Part shown: positions 22,426-32,129 of the stretch, in pieces
Position numbering within the stretch: position 1 is the first letter of the stretch
Layout of the letters: each line of letters opens with the position of its first letter
DNA from: Octopus sinensis
Lineage: Eukaryota
Assembly (NCBI RefSeq): GCF_006345805.1
Contig: NW_021829619.1
Location: 1 to 32,129 of the forward strand
Direction of reading: 5' to 3'
Length of the DNA stretch: 32,129 bases
Notes under the pieces: generated by a model
Told to the model about the DNA's origin: nothing
The model's database searches: none
What the model saw: the letters and a program-made list of their open reading frames with translations, nothing else
Made by a program: the position numbers and the translations under genes

Positions 22426-23635
22426 AATGGGAGGTTCGCCAGGTGGAGAGTGAAAGAATGTAACCCGGTTTCTCGGTTTGGCTGGAGAAGATAGAGAAAT
22501 AATTATAGTGCATCCAATGATTTTGGCCCCAATATCTGTAAACAATTAAAGGTACCCCTGATTAAAAAAGAGGTGACTCAATTTTCCAGATTTAGAGTAG
22601 AAGTGTGAATGGATGCTGCGAAAACGGATGAAATGAAAGAAAGGGATAAAAGATATGGTTTATGTGGGTTGAGAGGAGTAACAGTGATTTGTGGTATTTT
22701 CGTCCATTGATATAGGCACAAGAAAAAAAAGAAGTTTTCAGTGAATTATAAAGTGGTTTGTGTAACTCGGAACCATCTTAGTAACCGCAGCGACTTCACT
22801 GTCATTTTGAAATCCTCATCTCAAAAGGGTGGGGGAAAACAAACAATAAATTGAGCAATACGAAACAAAAGTAAATAAAAAATATAATCGACGGTGAGAA
22901 CAAATTCGGTTAAACAGGGGGAGGGTGATGCGGTTGAGTATGTAAGAATATGGGAATACGAATGTGGGAAGGTGGTTTAGAAAGTTTTTAAGGGCTTCTA
23001 GAAAGTCACTGATGAAGATAGCTGTGTAAAAGAATTACTTAGAGTGAGTAGAACCTTCGAATATTCATGGGAAATGAGTAGAAGAGGTTTAGAGATTTGT
23101 TGATGTACTTTATTTGTGCTGGCAAGCAAAGATGACAGATGATAAGTTGTCGAGGCAGGCGGTGAGAAGCTTTGTGGGACACTTGCCATCGGAAACAAGA
23201 TTTTTGTATTTGTCGATTCGAGCGAAGAAATAAATGATGAAAATGCCTGATGTGGTTAGGTTAAAGTTAGCAGCAGAAGAGGAGTGGAAAATGAACCAGA
23301 AGAGACGAGTTGATGTGCAGTAGCAGACACTTGCTTCTTGTAGTAATGACGTACTTGGATAATAAATTACTTGTGATAGAAGAACAGGTTGTTGCATCAG
23401 CAAAAATCATGTTCCTTTTTGCGGTCGGTCCTTCAGAACACTAAGATGCTGCTTGTTTCATGACATTATATTAAAATTACTGAGTCCGGAGAGCGTGTCG
23501 GATCAATGGTGAAGAATTTAATCGACTGTACGAAAGACGCCCAGATCGTAGCGGGTTTTGTAAGCCAATAGATCGACCGAATTGTCTGGGATAAGGTTGG
23601 GTGTTTAGTTAGAGTGAAATTTTAGAAGTGGGGTT
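22426..23635 (-). mobile_element. Degenerate L1/Tx1 ORF1-like remnants (uncertain)
   Basis: Peptides LFTDIGAKIIGCTIIISLSSPAKPRNRVTFFHSPPGEPP and RLFWFIFHSSSAANFNLTTSGIFI resemble ORF1 RRM regions. An AAGATGGTTCCGAG L1-like 5' motif lies near 22780. Confidence 0.3.
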
Positions 23636-23797
23636 TACTCTCTCTCTTTACTCTCTTTTACTTGTTTCAGTCATTTGACTGCGGCCATGCTGGAGCACCG
23701 CCTTTAATCGAGCAACTCGACCCCGGGACTTATTCTTTTTTTATAAGCCTAGTACTTATTCTATCGGTCTCTTTTGCCGAACCGCTAAGTAACGGGG
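23636..23797 (-). mobile_element. SINE family 1 3' half
   Basis: Nearly identical to 1637-1778. Confidence 0.85.
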
Positions 23798-25315
23798 TTG
23801 CACACTTTTGTTATGGAAGTAGGCGTTTATTGGGTCCGGTGTAGGAAACACTCGGTATCAGCTTTTACATCAAACTCATATGGTTTTGCTTGAATGAAGC
23901 TAGTGTTTAGGTCTCATCTGAAGAGAGATGCCTTTAATATGTCAGAAGATCTCGGAAATATGATTACAATTACTACACTTACAAGGCAACAGAGGAGAAA
24001 AAGAAAGGAGTGGTCGAAATGCGATGCTTGCAGATTTTGCAGAATCTTCTGGAGGAGGAACCGACTAGAAAGTCTTAGAGATCGTTGTTGAGGTGACACA
24101 TTATGGGTTGAGGAGGTGCAAAGGAGCAGAAGAGAAGGGAGCGACAGTTAGTAACCTCATGTATTAAGCAATTTGTTTGATGCACATGGACGGATGGAAG
24201 CTCGTATAAGCCGTTACGGAAGATGCGATGTGCGTATTTCCGCGCGCGCGCGCGTGTGTGTGCGTGTGGGCGCGTATGTGTGTAGCATGCTGTGCATGTA
24301 TACCTGTATCGTTGTGTGTAGGTGTGAGTGTGTGTGTGTATGTGTGTATATGTGTATGTACGTGTGTCTGCATATCTGCATGACTGCGTGAATATGTATG
24401 TAAGTGCTCGTACTCTTAATTCTATATGTAAGTATGGATGTAATCGTTTGTGTGTTTGCGTTTGAGCGTTTTCGGGTGCAAATGGCTTTAGAATATGAAT
24501 GTTTTCGGGTGTGTGCACGCGCGCGTGAGAAAGTCTGTTTGAACGAATGCGCGCGCATTAGCGCTTGTGTAAGTGCGCGCGTGTATGCAGCATATATAAT
24601 ATATATATGCATACATGCATACATAGGTATACATACATACATACATACATATATATATATATAGATATATATATATATATCTATATGTATATATATATCA
24701 TATATATATATTATATATAACTACACATATATTTTGTTTGTATATATATTATATATATATATGATATATAATGTATATAAATATATAATATATATATATC
24801 TATATATATATTATATATATATATAATATATATGTATACATATATAATATACATATATATGTACATATATATATTATAAATATATGTTTGTACGTGTGTA
24901 CATACATATATACATATATATATATGTGCACATGCATATTATATATATATATACGTATATATGTATATATATAACTATATCTGCATATATTTATATGTGT
25001 ACATACAAATATATATGTATATACGCATATATGTATCTATGTATATAATTGTACATATGTATAAATGAACTTACGCCGATATGGCAGGAACGTGTAACCG
25101 ATGTATGTACGAAAGTGCATATGTATATATATATAATATATATATATAAACAAGTCAAATTGCGATAAAATAAAATTAATTATTATCGCTGGTGAAACTA
25201 GCTCAGGCAATATATTATTCATATATCAGTACATTAAAGGCGAAATATGTGCTAGAAACACAGAAGCTAGATAAATTCAGTGAAATGAAAATAAAAACAT
25301 TTACTAACTCGGTTC

Positions 25316-25389
25316 CTCTTAGACTGCAGTTTCGTTCTTTTCAGCAATAAAGATAATTTATTTGCTCAGGGAGAATTCATCGGTAAGAG
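25316..25389 (-). ncRNA. Type I hammerhead-like ribozyme with extended stem II
   Basis: CUCUUA-CCGAUGA-AUUCU...AGAAC-GAAA-CUGCAG-UC-UAAGAG: perfect 6-bp stem I, palindromic stem III ACUGCAGU, GUC site. Confidence 0.65.
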
Positions 25390-25875
25390 CCCTGTTGTTC
25401 TGAGATCCTAACTTACTAGAAGCATGTGCTTCTAATGATTTGCTCTCTCTAACTAAACAGGTATATATATATAAATGTATATATATATCTATATAATATA
25501 TATTATATATATATTATATATGTATATGTATATACACATGAAGAGTAAGCATAAAAGCCCGTTGCTTCAAGTGTTTCCAATTCTTAATAAACTCTTTACA
25601 AAACTATTGACTGATTCAGTTTTTCTTTCACTCAAATATTTCGTCTTAAAACAATTAAAAACAGAAACGAGTTGCATTTTTTTTATATCGATTATTGTTT
25701 ATTTAGTTTTTGAAAATTACCATATTTTTTCTTTTTATGAATTCTTCAACTTATTTTTTTATTTTAGTTTTTTTTTTTAGTTTTTATTTTACTTTTTATT
25801 TATGTTTCTCTTTCGCTCACGATTCTTACTTCATGCGCGCTCACACGCACTTATACACATGCACAGGCATATACT

Positions 25876-25906
<31 letters not shown>

Positions 25907-26155
25907 TTCATATATTATACACACTCACACGTGCATACACACGCACACACATGTTTGTATGTATGCACGTGTATGTGTGTATGTGTGTATAATTTGAAGT
26001 GAAATATGAATGATAAGTAGGATGAAAAACAAGGATAAAAGAGAGGAAGAGTATATATGTATATTGAGAGAGAGAGAGAGAAAGAGAGAGAAAGAGAGAG
26101 AAATGCATTGATAAATATATATACATACATATATACACACATAGATACATTATCA

Positions 26156-26178
26156 TGTCTGTCTGTCTGTCTCTCTTA

Positions 26179-26217
<39 letters not shown>

Positions 26218-26303
26218 ATCTATCTATCTATCTATCTATCTATCTGTCTGTCTGTCTGTCTGTCTGCCTACCTGTCTGTCTGTCTGTCTGTCTGTCTGCC
26301 TAC

Positions 26304-26342
<39 letters not shown>

Positions 26343-26363
26343 TCTATCTAGCTATCTATCTAC

Positions 26364-26436
<73 letters not shown>

Positions 26437-26461
26437 AATCTATCTATCTATCTATCTATCA

Positions 26462-26505
<44 letters not shown>
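26156..26505. repeat. (TCTG)n/(TCTA)n microsatellite
   Basis: Seen directly. Similar TCTA arrays at ~19975-20072, 20815-20975 and 30370-30460. Confidence 0.95.
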
Positions 26506-26506
<1 letters not shown>

Positions 26507-27909
26507 AACTGGCAGAGTCATTAGAATGTCAGACGATTGCATTGTGACGATTGAGCCGGTTCTTTGATCTCTGAGTTCAAATCCAGAGTCAGCACGAGTG
26601 AAGTAACACTTTCGAATCGGAGTCGCTTTCTCTCCCTTTTGTTCTCTCTCTCTGTGCCCCAAATCGCCCCCCCCCCTGAAAGATTCGTGATGGGGAGGAC
26701 CACTCACAATCTCCATTTCCCAAAACAAACAAACAAACGGTATTCCTTGAATGATGGTTTAGTAACCTCTCCTCACCAAGCATGTTATAAAAGCAAGACC
26801 CTGCAAACACCACAAAAGATACCAGAGAATGGGCTGTGCGGAGAAACCGATGTGCATTGCAGCATGGAACATTACAAAAAAAGGAAATTGGTCTTGTGAT
26901 ATTTCCATGTTTTCTAATTTCCCTTTTATCTTTTATCTTCCCTTCTTTTCTCTGCTTTTCTCCCCCCCACCTTTAGTCTTTTCTCTCTTTTCTTTTTCTT
27001 GTCTGTATTTAGTACTCTGTTCTGGCTCTCTCATTCCTCTCTGTCTGTCTGTTTGTCTCTCCTCCTTCATGTTTCGTGCTTTGCTCTGCTTGTCTGTCTG
27101 TCTGTCTGTCTATCAGCCTCTCTCTCTCCTCTTTATGTTTCGCGCTTTGTTCTGCTTGTCTGCTTGTCTGTCTGTGTATCCGTCTGTCCGTCCGTCCGTC
27201 CGTCCGTCTGCCTGTCTGCCTGTTTGTCTGTCTGTCTGGTAGCATCTCTCTCTGTCTCTCTCTTCTCCTTATGCTTCGTACCTTGCTCTGCTTGTCTCTC
27301 TTTTTTTGTCTCCACGTTCCGTACTTTCTCTAACTCTCTTGCCCCCCCCTCTCTTTCTCCTCACATTCGCTCTTCACTTCTTCTGCAGCCAATCTTATCC
27401 TCTAACTCAGATCCTTCCTAATTACTTCATTTCCCTCCACACCCACTCAATTCTTCTTTCTTTCCTTTCACTTATCTCTCTCATCATCTCACAATCTCTT
27501 TCTTTAGATGTTTTCATTGACTTCAACACGTTCTTTTCCTTTTAGTCCCCATTACTCTCCCTTTTCAGCCGGTCGGATGCGGCCACGCTGGGGCCTCAGT
27601 TCTCCAAAACTTTTCTTTTTCTACTTTCATTTTTTTAAAGTAGAAATGTAAGTATTTCTACTTGGTCGCTCAGAATGCTAGAAATAACAGAAAAAATCCC
27701 TTTTAAATGGCAGATACCGCCATCTTAAGAAGAGTAGGATAAACCAAAGAATATGATACAAAAATCGTATAAAAGATACCGAAAAAGGAAAAAAAAATAG
27801 CGGGAGTGTCTGGTTATGCTTCATCATAGGTTAGCGCAGTTAGGGTAGGTTCGGGGTGTTAGACTACGACTGCATGAAAATCCTACTCTTTCTCCTCCTC
27901 CTTCACAGA

Positions 27910-28040
27910 TATCATCATCACCATCATCATCACCACCACCACCACAACCACCACCACCACCACCATCAACACCACCACCACCACCACCACCACCACCAGC
28001 ATCATCATCATTGTCACCATCATCACCATCACCATCATCG

Positions 28041-28073
<33 letters not shown>

Positions 28074-28080
28074 CTACCAT

Positions 28081-28114
<34 letters not shown>

Positions 28115-28216
28115 GTCATCATCATCACCATCACCACCACCACCATCATCATTACCTTTATCATCATCATCATCATCATCATCATCATTATCATCATCGT
28201 CATCATCATCCCCATC

Positions 28217-28266
<50 letters not shown>
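27910..28266. repeat. (CAT)n/(CAC)n microsatellite
   Basis: Seen directly; it produces the poly-His and poly-Met ORFs. Confidence 0.95.
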
Positions 28267-28399
28267 TCCCTTTTTTAATATTCTTTTAACACTTCTTCAC
28301 TCATTTCAATTTTAGATTTAAATCCCACACACACACACACCACACAAACACATACACACATACACGCTCTCTCTCAAAAAGCCAACCCTACTGTAATTG

Positions 28400-29330
28400 C
28401 CCCACTCACTCACTCACTCACCCTCTCACTCATTCACTCACTCACTCACTCACCCTCTCACTCACTCACTCACTCATTCACTCACTCACTCACTCACTCA
28501 CTCACTCACTCACTCACTCTCTCACTCACTCACTCATTCTTCTACTCTCTTTCTTGCACTCTTTATCTTCACAACATAATTTCGCTAATTCTCGTTAGAA
28601 TTGATGAATGGTCTCAAGTGTGAAAGAACTTCATATCTTTCCGTAATGCATACACACCCACACGTACTGATACATACATACATACATACATGCATACATA
28701 CATACATACATACATACATACATACATACATACATACATAAATACATACACATATACATGCATACATACATACATACACACATACACACATACATACATA
28801 CATACACACATATATACACATATATATACGCATACATACACCTAAACATACATATATACATACACACATACATACACACATACATGCATACATGCACATA
28901 CATACACGCATACATACACGCATACATACACACACATACATACATACATACATACATACATACATACATACAAACATACATGCATACATACATACACACA
29001 TAAATGCATGCATACATACATGCACAAATGCACACAGACATACACATACATACACACACACACGCATATACACACACATATATGTATCAATATCTGTATT
29101 TTATGTGTGCATGCACATATATATATATATATTTATAAATAATTATAAGTATATATATATATGTATATATGTGTATGTACATATGTAAATATATCTATAT
29201 ATGTATGCATCTTATACACATACACACACACCACACAAACATATACACACACACACACATATATATATACATACACATATATACACTCTCACACACGCAT
29301 ACACACACAGACATATATATATATATATAT
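28400..29330. repeat. (CTCA)n array followed by (TACA)n/(CA)n arrays
   Basis: Seen directly. Confidence 0.9.
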
Positions 29331-29706
29331 GAAGTATTTTTAGGTACCAATTCTTTTAATATGTGACTCTTGCGAGAGAGAGAGAGAGAGAGAAAGAGAG
29401 ATAGCAGAAAAATGAGTGAGAGAAATATATATAGAGAGCAAGAAAGTGAGTGAGAGAGGAGAGAGAGACAGCGATAAGTGTAATAATACACGAAAATAGA
29501 AAAAAAAAATCGAGGCTAATAATAAAAAGAATTGTAGAATTACCACTATGCTATTTTTTCCAACCTCATTTTCGAAATAAATTCTTTTGTTTCATAAATG
29601 GTTCCAATAAAATTCATATAATTCTATATTTTTATATTTTCCGCAAATACGCATGCACAGACGCCTGCCTATACACACACACACGTGTGTTGTGTATGTA
29701 TGTATG

Positions 29707-29740
<34 letters not shown>

Positions 29741-29779
29741 TGTATGTATGTATGTATGTATGTATGTATGTATGTACGG

Positions 29780-30275
29780 TGGAGGCGCAATGGCCCAGTG
29801 GTTAGAGCAGTGGACTCGTGGTCGAAGGATCGGTGTTTGAGTGATAACACTGAAGCTTCCACAGAAGCTCCCGCTGGGGGTGGCGAACCTGTTGTACTTT
29901 TCACTCAACCTCTCTCACCCTTTCTCCTGTTTCTGCTGTACCTGTATTTCGATTCTCAGATCGGACGTTGTGAGTGTTTGAGTGATAACACTGAAGCTCC
30001 ACGAGCTCCCGCTGGGGGTGGTGGCGAACCCTGTTGTACTTTTTCACTACAACTCTCTCTCACCCTTTCTTCCTGTTTCTGCTGTACCTGTATTTCAAAG
30101 GGCCAGCCTTGTCACACACTGTGTCACGCTGAATCTCCCCCGAGAACTACGTTAAGGATATATGTGTCTGTGCAATGTTCAACCACTTGCTCAGCCACTT
30201 GCACAAATTCACGAGCAGGTTATTCCGTTAATCGGATCAACTGGTACCCTCGTCGTCGTAACCTATGGATGCCAC
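29780..30275 (+). mobile_element. SINE family 4 variant with an internal ~120-bp duplication, inserted in (TATG)n
   Basis: Head shared with 15323-15632. 29833-29950 is duplicated at 29974-30096. The 3' tail differs. Confidence 0.8.
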
Positions 30276-30426
30276 GATGTATGTATGTATGTATGTATGT
30301 ATGTATGTATGTATGTATGTATGTATGTATGTATGTATGTATGTTGGTATGTATGTATGTATGTATATAGCTGCCTGTCTGCCTGTCTGTCTGTCTGTCT
30401 ATCTATATCTATCTATCTATCTATCA

Positions 30427-30460
<34 letters not shown>

Positions 30461-30569
30461 GCATATATTGCAACGTATATGAACTGTTGAAAAACAATTC
30501 GGAAAGCACAAAGTGCGACAAAGACGATGTTAATTTAACGCTGGAACTCTATAACGTTTCGTATGTTAG

Positions 30570-30690
30570 ATCTTCTTCAAAAAAGGAGAAAAAAGTTCTG
30601 AATCTAAGGTCAAGGTTGTTTGGGCAATGCTGATGGTAGACTCTCTACATTATGCAAATGATATAGCGCTCACGGCGGCGCTGGAGAGAA
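30570..30690 (+). mobile_element. Possible decayed RTE-like RT fragment
   Basis: KKVLNLRSRL followed by LHYANDIAL, a YADD-like motif. Confidence 0.3.
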
Positions 30691-30801
30691 TAAAGATTCA
30701 ATATTTTAAGCTGCTGATTATCTCAGCTACAACTATTGTAAGCGATCTATGGTGGTTCTCTTATTTGTCAGATGATTTCTCTCACCCACTTACCCATGAG
30801 T

Positions 30802-30847
<46 letters not shown>

Positions 30848-30899
30848 AGAGGGAGGGAGAGAGAGAGAGAGAAGGAGGAAGATAAGGAGATAGACCGTC

Positions 30900-31230
30900 A
30901 GATGCAGAAGTAGTAAGCAATGTTGGTGTGGTCTTGCACAATTTTTAGGTTTCGTGGACATCCGTTCATATCCACCTAAGATAAAAATTGGGCGGGGTTT
31001 CATGATTGTTTTAAGTTCATCTGCTCTCGTAGACACGTCTTTTTAATTCTGTCAGGGAGAGTATCCCCACTCCTCATATCGAGCGAGATTGTAGATTGAC
31101 GTTACTGTCGGAGACGACAACAGCTTTACCGTAATACAAGTCGTACTGGCTTACAGGATTACCACAAGGATATGACATCAAACTGAAATGACATCGTTTG
31201 GAATACTGTTGTCCCATTAAAAAGTACAAA
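30900..31230 (-). mobile_element. Possible decayed PLE GIY-YIG fragment
   Basis: YYGKAVVVS...SLTELKRRVYE...ILGGY resembles VYKAxV...GLTExxFKxR...LSxYIW. Confidence 0.3.
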
Positions 31231-31343
31231 AATGTCAAATGGCTGTGATAGTGTTGGTAATAATGTTACAGTTATTGGTGCTAACCCGGTCATCGGATCA
31301 ACTCCATCAACCCTCAAAGTACACACACTTCCTTCGATTAAGA

Positions 31344-31864
31344 GAGGGGAGCAGTCGATTAGATCGACCCCAGTACGCAACTGGTATTTAATTTATCGAC
31401 TCCGAAAGGATGAAAGGCAAAGTCGACCTCGGCGGAATTTGAACTCAGAACGTAAAGACAGACGAAATACTACTAGCATTCTTTTCTACTCAAGGCACAA
31501 GGACCGCAATTTTTGGGGAGGGGGAGCAATCGATTAGATCAACCTCAGTACGCAACTGGTATTTAATTTATCGACCCCGAAAGGATGAAAGGCAAAGTCG
31601 AATTTGAACTCAGAACGCAAAGACAGACGAAATACCTATTTCTTACTACCCACAAGGCTAAACGCAGAGAGGACAAACAAGGACAGACAAACAGATTAAG
31701 TCGATTATATGGACCCCAGTGCGTAACTGGTACTTATTTAATCGACCCCGGAAGGATAAAAGGCAAAGTCGACCTCGGCGGAATTTGAACTCAGAACGTA
31801 ACCGCAGACGAAATACCACTAAGCATTCGCCCGGCGTGCTAACGTTTCTACCAGCTCACCGCCT
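31344..31864 (-). mobile_element. Trimeric SINE family 2 array (units 31636-31864, 31478-31635, 31344-31477)
   Basis: Three consecutive bodies; only the first on the minus strand has a head. The A/B junction is identical to that at 6553/6554. Confidence 0.85.
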
Positions 31865-31975
31865 TTCAGATGCTCATAATTACGAAGCGAACTTCTTAAA
31901 CACACAGCCATAGCTTTACTGGCATTCACAGTAAAATCAAGCCAGCAACGACAACGAAAACATCAACAGCTACTA

Positions 31976-32026
<51 letters not shown>

Positions 32027-32129
32027 ATACTACTTGTTTATTTAATGTCTTGAGACACATCTAAGAATTGGGGAGCTTTGAGCTGGAAGATGTTTAGTCG
32101 GTTACTAATAAGCATGTGTTTGTGTGTTT

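Noticed and set aside
25609-25675. Hammerhead-like CTGATTC...GAAAC (also 3121-3150)
   Set aside because: Core is non-canonical and stems I and III are unsupported.
27856-28278. Poly-His and poly-Met ORFs
   Set aside because: Translation of a CAT/CAC microsatellite with no unique coding context.
29450-30370. 306-aa ORF
   Set aside because: Runs through (TATG)n and a SINE; not a gene.
31344-31864. CRISPR-like or satellite array
   Set aside because: The units are SINE bodies with no repeat-spacer structure, in a eukaryotic context.

Overview
Eukaryotic, AT-rich, repeat-dominated intronic or intergenic DNA. The SINE families and the heavy TA/TACA/TCTA/TAA/GAT microsatellite load suggest a cephalopod (Octopus-like) genome; this is an inference. 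No intact protein-coding gene is recognisable, and most ORFs in the track are microsatellite artefacts. The window holds decayed non-LTR retrotransposons (Tx1/L1-type ORF1 and ORF2, R4/Dong-type and other restriction-like-endonuclease (RLE) elements, RTE), Penelope-like elements (PLEs), at least five tRNA-derived SINE families, a hAT MITE and a mariner MITE. Highlights: (1) a 356-nt direct-repeat unit carrying type I hammerhead ribozyme motifs plus an inverted arm (retrozyme or PLE pseudo-LTR-like), with several more hammerhead-like motifs elsewhere. (2) An ORF1-only Tx1-like element inserted with a TSD into the tRNA-like head of a SINE whose sister subfamily shares that element's 3' tail, together with recurrent SINE-in-SINE junctions in the same head region. 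(3) RLE retrotransposons whose 3' ends all abut microsatellites. (4) Two weak candidate host exons on the minus strand.
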